A stretch of 64,000 nucleotides of DNA from Podarcis bocagei (Eukaryota). Below the pieces are notes generated by a model. The model worked only from the letters and a program-made list of their open reading frames with translations, was not told the origin of the DNA and searched no databases. How positions within the stretch are numbered: position 1 is the stretch's first letter; the number at the start of each line of letters is the position of its first letter. Positions 1 through 13,142 of this stretch are shown one piece after another. The stretch lies in assembly GCA_964188305.1 (NCBI GenBank), contig OZ076892.1; one strand, given 5' to 3'. Position numbers and translations under genes: made by a program.

Positions 1-756
1 TTTGGAGGTGGGTGGGGTTTATATCCTTATCTGCGGGTGATGTTTAATATCCTTGGACAAATGCACTCTTCCTTAACTTGTACTCCTCTGCATTTCTTAC
101 CTGACATGTCTGGGTTCTGTGGACAAGACTGAGCCCCATTAAATAAAATGGGTTTGTTTGTTTTGCTTTTGTTATTGGGGTAGAGGGTTCTAAACTTCAG
201 TTTGTGACTTAGGGATGCTTCCTGGGACATAGCACAAGACCCTCTGATCTAGCATGCACATTGTTTTCAACCCCTTCTCTTTTTAAATTCTTGTTGTTTG
301 TGCCTTCCTTTCTCTGCACACTTTAGGATCAGAAATGCATGTGGATTGTGGGGGGTTTTTTTGGGCTGGTGGTGAGTGGCCTCACAATGAATTAGCTTTT
401 CCAATTACCAATATCCCTGTATGTGCCTTGAATTATGCAACCTCTTACATTACTTAGGAATGCTGGCTGCCCCGCTCCTTTACTTGGTCAGTAAGATGCT
501 ACGTTTATATACAATACCATTGCTTTCTTACATTCCCCTAAACAAAATGCAATTAAAATTATATTTGCCAGCGGGTTAATGGCATAGCAAAAATCTTGAT
601 GGTATGTTTAAAAGGACTTGCTTTGGAGCAGTGAGTTGACAGGTTGTGATTGGGGAGACATAATAGAAGTGGGTGGGCTTGCTGTCCTTATGCTTCAATG
701 TATGCTGCCCCATTGTAGATACCCCATGCTTACAACAGGATATGCTGAGGAAAGAC

Positions 757-1076
757 CAGGGTGGGGCACCTGATGCCTGGGGGCCATATGTGGCCCTCCA
801 GGCATCTCTCTATGGCCCTTGGAACTCTCCCCAGGCCATGTCCCTCACTAGCCCCGCATGTTTTCACTTGGCTGGAAGATGCTCTCAAACTCTGATGCCT
901 CTGGCTTCCCTAGAAGGAGGCTAAAGAGTGTGTGTGAGTGTGTGTAGAAACTAGCCTACTGTCCATAATTGTTGCTCCACCCACTTCTGCCTCTGACCCC
1001 GCCCACCGCTGGCACCTGGCGCTCAGAAAGCTGTTCAAAAGGGAATGACCCTGGGCTGATAAGGTTCTCTACCCTG
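757..1076 (+). mobile_element. Degenerate hAT-like repeat (related copies ~42560-42945, ~45490-45685)
   Basis: CAGGGTGGGGCACCT ... AGGTTCTCTACCCTG termini. Shared internal blocks TGTGGCCC, CCCTCACTAGCCC and GGGAATG. Confidence 0.6.
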
Positions 1077-3049
1077 GCTGTATAGAGTGTTGGAATATTG
1101 ACATAACTCAATTATCTCCTGTGAAGCAGTAATGTGTCATCTCACAGTAAAAATGTGAAAGAAATAAATGGTACGGAAGCAGCAGAGAATGTGCATTGCA
1201 GTTCACAGATGTTCACATATCATTGATTCAGGCTTGCAAAGAAGTCAATAAAAACTATTAACTATTCCTCCTGCCTTAGTATACTTATGGTGTAGTAAAG
1301 TGGATATGAGTGTTGATGCTTGGAACAGAGAGATTTGGGTTGCTAGCCCCACACTGCTGTCAACCTCAATAGGAGTCCCGGGGCCAGTCACCATCTCTCA
1401 GCATAAGCACAGTAGCAGAGTTTGGGCGATCCCAGCGCTTGGCTCAGATGTGCAAGCAGTTCTGTCTTCCATCCTTTGTGCAACCTGATAAACAAGCCAG
1501 GAAGTCTTAAGTGAACAGTAGTTTCCTGGTTTCACCAAAACCAAGAAACCACTGTCAGTAGCTTCACACCAAGCCTGGATATAAAGCCATGGCTTGACAT
1601 TGGCTTCTTATCCTGCCTCGTTCCAAAGCTGTTAACTGTAATACCCCTTTCAGAAAAAAACTGGAAACAGTAGTTTCCACAGGAGAAATGGAGGTGTCAT
1701 GTGCATCGCCACAACGCCTGTTCATATTTTGGATTGAGTCAAGATACCCTCATTCTTACCAGCTCAGTATATAATATATTTATGGAAGATTGGTGGTCTG
1801 AAGTCATGTTTGGCTTTTGGAGAGAGGGAACCTCTCTCCCAGCTGAGAAAGTGTTTCTGTGCCTGATTACCCACAGGTGATCCTCATGTCCATTTAGTAC
1901 ATGATTACTAGGAAGTACAGGTGTGTCTCCACAGCAGAAGGAGATGGTAGAGTTTTGAGCTGTTTGAAAGGGCTGCACTACTCCCTGTGTGAAAAGCACC
2001 CTGCAAGTAGAAGACTAGCAAAAAGGTGAGTGATAGAAGTGTTCTTCTGATATACTAGCTTTGTTGTGCCTTTTGTTGTTAATTTCCAGGGAAGGAGCCA
2101 CCATTTATGTTTCCTACAGGGTCTTTGATACAACACTGCTGCATAGGATCTTGGGGAATTAAAGCAATGGCTTGCAGGCTTAGTTCACTGGCATGGCAGG
2201 GTGGGCAAAGTAGGTATTCTGTCCCGCCCACTATGCCAATGAACTATGCCTACAAGCCACTGTTTTTAATTTCCTACAATCCTATGGAGCAGCGTTCTAT
2301 CAAAGACACTGTAGGTGCTGATGGGTCCGGGTGGGCCCTCAACAGTTGCCTCAGGACGCTGGGTGGTGATGCCAAGCCTGACTACTTAGGCCAGATACGG
2401 GGAACATGATGGTGCTGAAGTACAACTCCCATTAGCCCCAGCAAGCACAGCCAAGAATGTTGGGAGTTGTAATTCAGCAATTTCTGGAGGGCCAAAGATT
2501 CCCTGCACCTGCCCTAAGTGCTCTGCATGTGTAGCTGAGTTTTATGTCCAGTGGAACTGTGTTTAGGACTGTGGGCTTTGTCATTAGCAGAATGAGCATT
2601 TGTTTGAATGCACCTGATCTGCAGTAAAGCGTTTGTACATTGCAGCTGGGGCTGCAAGGTGATTCATGCTAGAAGAAAAGTGTGCAGTCTCAGTGCTCTT
2701 GCTCTGCTGCAATTAAATCTTTTTATTTAGCTTATTTTCAGTTCTCTGGTGTTTTGTCTTCGGGGAGGGAGAATCTGTAGAGTTAATGTGCACAGGCCTA
2801 ACCTCTGGCTTTACAAAAACCAAACCTTCTGGGGAGGAAAAAGAGAACCGAATCATTTCACTTCCTCTTAAATCCTGGATTTAGCAATTGCTGACCGATT
2901 GGTGTTGCAAAAGAGATTAGCACAAAAAACCGTGTAACTTTGAAACAAACAGATATTGGACTGAGGAAGAGTTAATGAACTTATGTGGTGAGGTTCAGAT
3001 TGTGCTGACCCCTATGGTAATATTTCATATAAGGTTACTGTTGGGAGAG

Positions 3050-3950
3050 AAATCAAATTTCAGCCGTGAATGTGATTGACAGGTGGAAGCGAGGGAGAGA
3101 GAGACATCTGGTCAGATGGGGAATTTGGGAAAGAGAAGGACAAGTGGGGGAAGTGTCGGTGTAATATTAGGAATAATAAGCGTAGATATGAAAAGCCCAA
3201 TACTTATACTCTCCAGAGGCATGCTTAACTTTATTCTTAAACTACCAGTCTTGAACTTGTCCGACTAAACTGCCATAAAAAAAAAGGAAAAAAAGTATGG
3301 AGTTGGATGGCCATGTTGCTTATTTTGTGTCTAATTTGACTTTGCTGGAAAAAGAAAACTGTGTCTCTTTGAATAAGTAAAGGCTGGCACGAAGCATCGA
3401 AAGATGAAAGATGAGCAAGGCAGTAAAAACCGCTGGTTTTTAGCTGGAAAATATGAATGAAGCAAAATCAACCTTTCCTCTGTTTCATGAATGATATGTA
3501 GTGCATTGGAGACTCACTGAGAGAGGGAGAATTTAATGCAGAGGTTGCAAAATAAATAATAGTAGTAAATATTTAGTCCCTCCCTGGTTCTATGATTGAT
3601 TTATCTCTCCATTGAATGGAGTATTTTTGGAATTTGAAGGTCCGTAGATAATTAATAAATATGAACCTAACTGTAATATTGGTTTGGATTATATTGGCAT
3701 ATTAATTGTAATTGGTACGGGCTAATTTCATACCTCCCCACCTCCTGGATTTTATTTTTAACCAAAGAGATAACTATCTATGTGGGAAAGTGAACTGGTA
3801 TTTTGGAATTCTGTATGTGTAGCATGGATGTTGGACTGGGAAGAATAGTGGCAAGAGACTTAATCCTCTCCTAATGTTCCAGTTTCCTTTTTAAAAATGC
3901 AGGATTTTTATAGTTCATTTATGAATTAAAAAAAATACAAAAAATACAGA
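3050..3950 (-). pseudogene. Possible highly decayed L1-like ORF2 segment
   Basis: AT-rich block whose minus strand carries vestiges resembling post-RT motifs (RI...ILP, GG.KL), with many stops and frameshifts. Confidence 0.3.
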
Positions 3951-5713
3951 GAATATGTATGTACAGAAATATCATATTAATTAGGAAAAGTTTGTTCTGG
4001 AAAACTATTTCTTATGTAGAAGTATCTCTTTAATCTGTAATCTAATTTATTTAAAAAACCTTTTAGTTTTATGTGTGTCTATAATGCTGTTTCATTCCCC
4101 CTCCTTTATCTTTTAGATATCTCTGAAATCTTTTGGATTTCAAAATGTCTGAAATCATTTGGTATCTATGAAATCTATATTCTATGGAGGTAGATTTCCA
4201 AAGAAAGAATGAATATGAGAGTCCGAGTAGAACTGAGGTACTACAAGCTTTTAGGATTGGTTATAGAGATAAAGTAAATCTCAGTCCTAAACTTGAATTT
4301 CACCCCTCAGTATTATTTTCAGTATAATTTTGCATCTTAATCTATTTTAGTTTTTCATTTGTGGGATTTTAGTTTGTAATAAAGTACACATTTCATCATT
4401 TATTATGAAAATTATTGTGCCAAAATATACTTTAAAATGAAAATGAACCTATCTAGAAATTAATACTTTACATAGTGTTATTCTAGCTTATGTCTACTCA
4501 GAAGCAAGTCCCATTGAATTCAATGCGGCTTATTCCAAGGTAAATGGGATTGGGATCGCTGCCTTTGGCAAGCAGCTGCAAGTGTTAATTTAAGCAGTGT
4601 GTAGGTTTCCTTTAGTATAAAAGCAACGCCTCTTTGGCATCTGTAAGGAATTTAAGATTATAGACTCAGTGTTCTCTTTGTGCTCCATATTTTTAAAGCT
4701 TTTTAAAGCTCTCACATACTCCAAAATGTATAGGGTCACATAAGCATCAGACACGCATATTAGTCTGTGTGCATATGTATAATTGCCGAAATCCAGTGGT
4801 TTTTTTTTCTTAGTAGGTGTCACAGCACTGTAAAGTGTTGTGCATAGTGCACAAATGATGAGATCAAACCCATTACTGGGTGGGTCTTAGTGGAAGTCTG
4901 TGCAGAATTCTACCAAGCACAGGTGTATAGAGGAATCCCATGCAGTTTCAGAATGGATTTTTGTAGTTTCACTTCTGTGTTATCAAGTTGTTGTGCATGC
5001 CAAGGTAGAGGTAACACACAGAATCAGAGTGGCTGCTGACTGTACTATGCTGTTGCAATGCATATCCATCCAGTTTTTATGTATGTATTTACCTACTTAC
5101 ATATTGTGTGACTGCGCGTCCACTTTGGAACCCCTGGCCCATCCATATTAGTCAGGCGCCTTCACTGCATTGTTTTTGGCACCTGCTAAAAAAGCTTTTT
5201 TTGTCCCAGCAAGCCTACTCAGGCATGTAATTTTAGCACACAAAGTAAGTATAACTGTTTTAAAATTATTGATTTAATTTTATATCCTAAGATGCTTATG
5301 TAATTTGTTTTTTATTGGTGTTTTGAATGGATATTTTAGGCCGTCTATTGCAAACCACCTAGAAGTCTTTTGTTCTTGTAAGCATTTTGTGGAACAAATA
5401 AACAATTGTCACTTTCTGTAAAAAAATGTATCTAAGCAGCTTACAAACACAATACCAAGCATGTTGTCAATCATTAAAACTAAATATGCAGAAAGATTTC
5501 TAAAGGCCTTCATCCAACAAATGAATCCTACCCAACCTTACTAAAAGAACAGGACCACAAGCAGGCCATAAATACAGCAGTATGATATAAGTAAAAGACT
5601 AAACAACAACAACCCAGGTCTGCTGGAATGGCTTAGCCTGGTGCCTAAAACCTCATAGTATTGGTGCCAGGTACGTTTCCCTGGGGAAAGCATTTCACTG
5701 TGTGGAATGTACT

Positions 5714-5854
5714 GCTCAGTCGGTGGAGCATGAGACTCTTAATCTTAGGGCTGTGGGTTCGAGCCTCACACTGGTCAAAATATTCCTGCTATTGTAGGGG
5801 GTTGGACTAGATGACCCTTGTGATCCCTTTCAGTTCTATAATTCTATGATTCTA
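5714..5854 (+). mobile_element. tRNA(Lys-like)-derived SINE with CR1-derived 3' tail
   Basis: Head GCTCAGTCGGTGGAGCATGAGACTCTTAATCTTAGGGCTGTGGGTTCGAGCC (A and B boxes, CTT anticodon loop). The 3' half GGGGGTTGGACTAGATGACCCTTG...TTCTATGATTCTA matches the CR1 3' UTR and tail at 24080-24155. Confidence 0.85.
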
Positions 5855-7543
5855 CTATAGTACATGATACTGTGCCTATATTTCATGGCTCAGGTTTGAG
5901 AGGGTCCTTGGTAGAATGCCAGCAGGCTCCCCCGCTGAACCACCATTAAAACTGCCCACATTGCCCTAGAGCAGGAGTGGGGAACCATTTTCACCTTGAG
6001 GGCCACATTTCCTTATGGACAACCTTCCAGAGGCCACATACCATTGCTGAGTATGTCCAGCCACAAACCACTCTCCAACTGCCTTCCAGGCAAAGCAGAA
6101 GGTATTCAAGGGTACATTCCTGGCAGGTAAAATAACTGGAAGAGGGCACAGAGGAAAGCCACTTAGGGACGTGGCTTGAGTGTGTGTCACCTGGGCAGAG
6201 TATCAAGGGCCAGATAGAGATGCTTAGAGGACCACATTTGGCCCCTGGCCTGCCCTAGAGCATTGCCACCTTGGGAGCATTGTGGGAAATGAGAATGGCC
6301 ACTGGAACCAGCCGCTTTGTGAAAGGAGCCCAAGGCAGCCCTCAGCTGTAGGTCCTGTGCTGGGGTCTTGTCACGGTGCCCAATAATTGAATCTTTGTGA
6401 GTGGCTTTGGACATTAATTTTATTATTATATCTGGAGCCTACATAATTTTTTTTTCCTGTGTCTCCCTTTGGCTTACTCTGAAAATGAAAAGCCTTTGAT
6501 TCAGAACATAACTGGTGGTTTTCCACACTGGCCTGGCCAAATTAGGACAACTGGCAATCCACATTTATTGACCAATAAGCTGGGTTTCTACATGGAAGGT
6601 TTTAAGTCAACATGACCCCTTTCTCTCCCTTTTACTATCTGTCTCGGGACTTAGGCAATGAATTACTGAAACTGGCACAGGTAAAAATGAATTTCTTCCG
6701 CAAATGAAATGTGATTGGATTTTCTTTTTAGTGAGCTGGCAACCGGAAACTGATTTGGTAACACGTCTCAGGTACACTATGGGAATGAAGGTAAAGCACT
6801 TTGACGTCACATAGTGAAAGCTATTACATAAATTAAATTTGTCATTCTTCTGTTTGTTTTATCTTGCTCTTGCGACCTAATGTTGCCACCGTGTGTGTAT
6901 GTTAGGTGGGTGGGGTGGCAGATGCTGGTCTGCTTCCCAGAGCGAGCTGACAATAGTCCTGTCTTGCTTGTGCACAGTGATGTGGCTTTTCCAGGAAGAT
7001 TGATAAGAATGCAAGGCGAGCCTTAAATAGTGCAACCTAGTGGATTGCTAGCTGCCTCTGAATTTGGCAGTAGCTTGGCACAAAGCAGGGATGAGGTGAC
7101 AAGAGGGTATTCAGAATCCCCTTGCCGTACTTAAATCAAAATAGCTAACACCAACCAAAGTGCCCCCAGCTCGGGACCTGGGTGAGCATGTGGAGATCTT
7201 TGCCTGTGAAATGGATGCAGCAGCCTAAATGTCCCATTCCGTGTATATACAGGCAACTGAATCTTGTTTCAATACAGTATGGCCGTATCTTGTGCTGGAG
7301 TTACGTTCTGGGGATGGCAAGTATGCCAAATAAATACATGTGTCCAAACCATCCCCCTCAAGATCATGCTTTGCTTCCTAGCAAGGCTCTCTGCCTTGCT
7401 TTTGGGGGCTCTGGGACCCTCTCAAACGGGATCTGGGAGGCTTTTGCGAGATCTCACAGGGCCATCCAAGTTCCCATGAGGGCCTCCCGGAGTCTGGTAA
7501 ATGAAGCAGAGAGCTTCTAAGCTCTCCACCTCACATACAATTA

Positions 7544-8551
7544 CCATATTTTTCTCACTATAACACTCACTTTTTTCCTCCTAGAAAGTAAGGGGAAATG
7601 TCTGTGCGTGTTATGGAGCGAAAGCCTACGGCTGGCGGGGAGATCTGCTGCAGTCGTGAGCAGAGGATCCATGGTTCCCCTTCCTTCCCTCCTCCGTGGC
7701 TCGCTTTGAAACAGCAAAGCGGGAGAAGAGCCGCTGAGTGGGGAGGAGAGAGAAAGACAGAGAGCCTGCTTGCTTTAAAGGAGCAAAGCGGGAGAGGAGA
7801 GGAGAGGAGCCGCTTACACGAGTGTAAGTGGCTCCTATCCGGTTGGCTCCTTTAAAGCAAGCAGGCTCTCTGTCTCTCCCTCCTCCCCACTCGCTAAATA
7901 ACAGCAAAGATTTTTCAAGCAGGCTCTCTGTCTCTCTCTCCTCCCCACTCGCTAAATAGCAGCAAAGATTTTTCAAGCAGGCTCTGTCTCTCTCTCCTCC
8001 CCACTCGCTAAATAACAGCAAGATTTTTTCAGAAGCAGGCTCTCCGTCTCTCTCTCTCCTCCCCACTCCTCTTATAAGAGCCTTCTCCTCTTATACCCCT
8101 CTTCTGCATTATTAACAGCATCCTTCTCCACCCACCCCACGCGTGTTCCTTGTCCCTTGAGTGCTTTTCCTTCCCTCCCCACTTAAAACATGGTTACAAA
8201 GCACGGATCCACATGGATCCTCAGGATTTTTGCACTGGGTCACCCCAAATTCACCATCAGATCACATAGCATGTCCATGCCTACAGCTTGCACCAAAAAA
8301 ATCACGCACCCACTGTTGCCTGGGGCCGCAGTGGTGCAAAAACGTGGTTACAAAGCACGGATCCACATGGATCCTCAGGATTTCTGCATTGGGCTACCCC
8401 TAACTCACCGTCAGATCACATGTCTGTGGCCACAGCATGAACCACAAAAATCATACATCCACTGTTTCATTTAGAATATTTTTTTCTTGTTTTCCTCTAA
8501 AAACTATGTGCGTGTTATGGTTGGGAGCGTGTTATAGAGCGAAAAATACGG
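7544..8551. mobile_element. Non-autonomous Tc1/mariner-superfamily (pogo/Tc2-like) DNA transposon, ~1 kb
   Basis: TA on both flanks (7542-7543, 8552-8553). ~25-bp imperfect TIRs CCATATTTTTCTCACTATAACAC / GTGTTATAGAGCGAAAAATACGG. No transposase. Termini are shared with the copy at 47784-48042. Confidence 0.85.
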
Positions 8552-9861
8552 TAATTTCCCCAATTTAAACAGGTCAGCTTTCATTTCTTTGTTTTTAAAT
8601 AATATTTTATAATGAGTTTTCATAATACATTACAATTAAAAAACACACTAATCTAAACCAAAATAAAAACAGTGGAAATAAATCAGGTAAATCTTAAATC
8701 TTATCTCGCACATAAGCAGGTGGATTCTCCCAGGATTCACCTGGTAAGATGCAACCGAACTGTACCGCTGACCTGACGGCATCGTCTACTTTGCTTGATA
8801 GCGGCAGGCTACCTTAGGGCAGGCACACACAAAGCTCTGTCCTCCAGTGCCTCACTGCAATTTCCTGCCCCTCTCCCCCAGTATCTGCTGCCTGAGGTGG
8901 TGCTCTCACTCAACCAAATGGTAGAGCCGGTCCTTGGACATTTTCAGGCCTTGGTTTGCCCTTGAGGGCTCTGGACATTTCCCTCTCATGTTTGAGTAAT
9001 GTCCTCTCCTCCTTCTTTGCTGTGGACAAATTTAGATCTTCCAAGTTCTCTGGATAACTTGCCTATTGTTTCATTGTAAATTATGCTGGAGAGAACAGGA
9101 CGGTTAATAATGCTTTCAGTAACCACAGAGTTCAGTTAAATATCATCTCCCTTCCTTTCACACAATAGTTGGGCTTTTCTCTGTTCCCCACTGCTGTGCT
9201 CATTCAGTCATACCTTTTGACTGTTTTCTTTCTTTCCTTGTATTTTGGCCTTGTGCTAAAAATATAACCTGACATCTCCCCCCCCCCCAAAAAAAAACCA
9301 CTCACCCAGCTAAAAAGGTGCCCCTCTTATTCCTGGACTATAATGTCAGTTCCACCAGATCAAAGGCTGGGAACATAAAAGTCAAGATCTATTATTTATT
9401 TCGCAGTTTGCGTCAATGATGCTTTTTGCTTTCTCGTGATACTTGCTGATGTTTTTAATGCTGCGTGTGCTCCTCGAAAGCATTTGTCCCCTACAGACAA
9501 TATACATATTAATGTAACCTATCAGTGCTTAACAAGCTTGGAGGAACCTTGCACATACCAGATAGGTTTATTTTCAAAGGTTAGATTTTCAAGAAGAGCA
9601 AGATGGCCATCCCATTTTGAGTTGGTGATTATCTTGGCCTAAACACAAGAAATATTTGAGGTAGGGTTGAGATGCAGCCCAGTTTCTTTGCAGGATGGGA
9701 GACTACATCTACCCATCTGGTAATCTGCATTTTTGTAGATTATATAGTCTGAGAGTTAGGAAAGAATACCATTAAATTCATTTAAATTAAATAAAAAATC
9801 TGGTTCCCTGTATTGTTAATTGAACAGTTGTTTTTTCATTTGTTATAAATGGTGTGCCATA

Positions 9862-10049
9862 GTCTGATCACACCAGCACCATACATTTAAAACACACTTT
9901 AAGCACATGGCTCCCCCCCCCCCAAGAACCATGGGAACTGTAGTTTACCCCCACAGAGCTATAATTCCCAGAACACTCAACAAACTATTCTTCCCATGAT
10001 TCTTTGGGGGAAGCCATGTGCTTTAAATTGATAGCATGGATGTGACCTA
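9862..10049. mobile_element. Degenerate palindromic MITE (related copy at ~55090-55235)
   Basis: Inverted arms TTTAAGCACATGGCT...CCAAGAACCATGGGAA / TTCCCATGATTCTTTGG...AGCCATGTGCTTTAAA. Confidence 0.6.
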
Positions 10050-10730
10050 AATAGCCAAACCTCTCATTAGATCATCAGCAATTTGTAGTCCCTTGAAATT
10101 TTATTTGCAACCTTTTCAGCCTGTGACTATTTCACATTTGCTGCTTCCTCGTGAAGACTCAGCAGAGGCCACCTCTGGCAGCAGTTTGTCACATCTGCAG
10201 CAGGGCATGTTTCACCCAAGGGTCAAATTCTCTTCTGGTACCAGTGGTAGCTCAGGGCAAAAACAGGTGGAGCAGTGTACAGTATATGAATGCCATCTTT
10301 TATTGCGTATCCAATGGGAGTCTTGAATGATTTTCAGAAAGGTATCCATCCCCTCGTTGATTAAATGGAGTGATACTTTTTTTAAAAAACCCACACACAC
10401 CCAAACTATTTGTTTATTTTAAAAAATACAAATGCAAATTACAGATGCATCCCCCATTATTTATTGCAGATTATGGGTAGTCTCCCCTATAATGGCACTT
10501 GAGGTAACTCAGACAGACGTCTAATCCCCGCTCTGGGTTTTATCCTGACAACAACCCTGTGAAGTAGGTTAAGCTAAGAGAAAGTGGATGCCTCAAGGTC
10601 ACCCTAGTGGCTGAGAGGGGATTTGAACCCTGGTCTCTCGGGTCCTAGTCCAACTCCTAATCCCAAATGCTGAATCCGGGCCCAACTGTGTCCTGTTTTG
10701 TGTTAGGAGGGGTCTGGGAGAAAAGACCTT

Positions 10731-10882
10731 AGGAACATAGAAAGCTGTCTTATACTAAGCCCTCCTAGCTCTGGCAGTGGTTTCCTAAGGGGTCTCTCCT
10801 AGCCCTTCCTTGACATGGTAGGTAGGGATTGTAACCTTTTGCATGCAAAACAGATGCTCTACCACTGAGCTTACAGCCCTTC
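10731..10882 (-). mobile_element. tRNA-derived SINE of a second family (related copies ~46464-46640 -, ~11865-12000 -, ~44060-44200 +)
   Basis: The minus-strand head GGGCTGTAAGCTCAGTGGTAGAGCATCTGTTTTGCATGCAAAAGG is tRNA-like; tail ...CAGCTTTCTATGTTCCT. Confidence 0.65.
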
Positions 10883-12465
10883 CCTTTCGATAGATTTGTG
10901 TTTGTAAAGCTTCCCTGTCAAATGCGTACTGCAGTCAAGGAACCATTGGAGGGTGCCCAGATTCTTGTTGAGCTGAGGGGATTAATTTGCCCTCACCTTT
11001 TGAGCTCAGCTATTTGAGGGGAACACACGGCTTTTACTGTTTCCTTTAAAATGTAATTGGGATCAGGTTGATTACGCCTCTTCTTGTTTCTGACACCCCC
11101 TCCTTCTTCTTTGCTCCTTTGGGGACACTCCTGAAGAGCCTTTTACAATCAATGGTTGACCTCGTTAAGCAAAACCATAAAAGTGATTTCAGAGTTTGCA
11201 TTGTTAAATAAAAGCGCACCCGAGAATAGCATGAAATTTGCAGCGGATCTAACCAAACAGAGCTAACAAGCAGGGCTATGTGTATTCCATACAATTCTAT
11301 GCATATTCCTCAGTGTTTCAAAATCCTGAATAAAAGACCATCTTTTTCCTGCAATCAGCCACAGTGGTGGTAGTTTATTTTCATATGCAAAATTAAGTAT
11401 TCATTTATTAAACTCATTTATGCAACCATGTTATTTTTATGTTTTTATTTTTAGCTCAGTCTCCTCTCTGGGAATTATTCTTGCTTTTGACTCCCGTTCT
11501 CTCTCCAGACCCCCCCTCCCTCCCAACAAGGCAGTTCATTTAGAAAGAAATGTTTATGAGAAGAGCTTGTCAGTTGGCATTTTTACTGGTGCACTAACCC
11601 AAAGGTAAAATATAAAGGCATGTCTTTTCCATGCTGGGTTGTTGTTACTAGAAGGGGTTCCTCCCTTGTTAGTTTGATAAATAATTTTACTAGCTAGAAC
11701 CTGCTGAAATTTTATGCCGGCTGTCTATTTTCTACTTGCTGCAAATAAATCCCAGCACTTGGAGGGCTCTAAAACTCCAAACACATGGCAGCTCCTTATT
11801 TGGGTCCTGGTTGACTAAAATATTCATATTTCTTTTACTTTATTTTTTAGTTTATCTCATAGGAGTATAGGAGGTTGTCCTATGCCAAGTTAGACCATTG
11901 GTGCATTTTTCCTGTTACTGTTACCATAGACTCGCAGCAGCTCTTGGGGTTTAAAACAGGGGTCTCTCATGACTGTATCTGGAAATGGGACCTTTTGAGT
12001 GCAACGATTTAGGACTACATGCGTAACACAGTGAGGTGGTTGATTGCTGAAGGTGCTGGAATGGACTTTACCACTTCAGAATGCAGGGTGGGTGGGTGAG
12101 GATGTCACATTTTTGAGAAAAACCCAGTTTAAAGATATCCTGCATGCCAGGAATGACAGGAAGGTCCTTGAGTCATTTTTGTTTTTAACCCCCACCCCAC
12201 CCCCAGTTGTGTTGCTATTCTATTTTCAAGGAGTGTTTTAACGTAGGGGAGCATCAAAAAAGTAACCGCCTCGGTTTGCAGTGTTGCAGCCCATTCTTCC
12301 AGCCCTCTCCTTTTCCTGCTGTATGTGTGAGTCCAGGCCTATGCTTGTTTATTTTGATCATTTATATACCATGTAGAACCACAATTTCTAAGCAATGATC
12401 AACAAGGATACAATAGACATTATATATAAATAAATAGAATATAATGCTTGAAACATACATCTTAC

Positions 12466-12467
<2 letters not shown>

Positions 12468-12513
<46 letters not shown>
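12468..12513. repeat. (TA)n microsatellite, left flank of the PLE
   Basis: Read directly from the sequence. Confidence 0.95.
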
Positions 12514-12516
<3 letters not shown>

Positions 12517-12589
12517 TTTCGTAGATTTTCACGGGTACAGGAATGTAGGTTTTGGTGTCTTCGGGTGTCTTCCCGTGTAAGAGTTGGGG

Positions 12590-12639
12590 TGTCTAGGCGA
12601 CGTTTCGACGAGGTCTCACTCGTCATCTTCAGGCTGGTG
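12590..12639 (-). ncRNA. Minimal type I hammerhead-ribozyme-like motif (left PLE arm)
   Basis: Exact reverse complement of 13431-13480; the + strand reads GACGTTTCGACGAGGTCTCACTCGTCATCTTCAG. Confidence 0.72.
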
Positions 12640-12869
12640 CTTTCGGCTTCTTGTTACTAGAACAGAGCAGGATCTCAGTGTTTGAGTTCCTATAAATACT
12701 GTTGAGGGGGTGTGGTGTATAGCCTCCAACGTTCTGGGCAGAGAGGAAGTTCATAGGTTAATGTGCCTTTTCTTCTTTTGTTCATTAATTACTTGAGGGA
12801 TATCTTGAGTGATTACTTGAGTGATATTCTGAGTACCACTTAGGAGGGTCATTAGGTGTGGATTAGTTT

Positions 12870-13142
12870 CTAAAGCTTTCGTGTCTTGACCTCTTGACCT
12901 TGTAAAGAGTTTTTCTGAGAAGATGGCTGTACTGCACTTAGTTGTGCTCTGGCTTGGCTTCGTGTATAGGGGCGAGCTGTGGTTTTGTGCCCTGTGCCAG
13001 CCAGATCTGTGTAGGGATTGCAGGGGGGTGCAGCATCCGGAGGTGCCACTATGGTTTGGCTACTGGATGGTGTCTGTAATTTATCTGTGGAGAGGGTCTG
13101 GGTTTGGGTCTGGTGTGGTTGATTGGAGATGGCGTTCTGTGT
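12870..13142 (-). pseudogene. Probable C-terminal tail of the PLE ORF (90 codons, start lost by 5' truncation)
   Basis: Manual translation: TQNAISNQPHQTQTQTLSTDKLQTPSSSQTIVAPPDAAPPCNPYTDLAGTGHKTTARPYTRSQARAQLSAVQPSSQKNSLQGQEVKTRKL*. It is on the same strand as the hammerhead motif and open from the inversion junction to TAG. No RT or GIY-YIG motif in this part. Confidence 0.5.

Noticed and set aside
5714-5775. tRNA-Lys(CTT) gene
   Set aside because: The acceptor stem is missing and the sequence continues directly into a CR1-type tail, so it is a SINE head.
7859-8068. CRISPR-like array
   Set aside because: The units are contiguous tandem repeats without unique spacers, inside a eukaryotic DNA transposon, with no cas genes.
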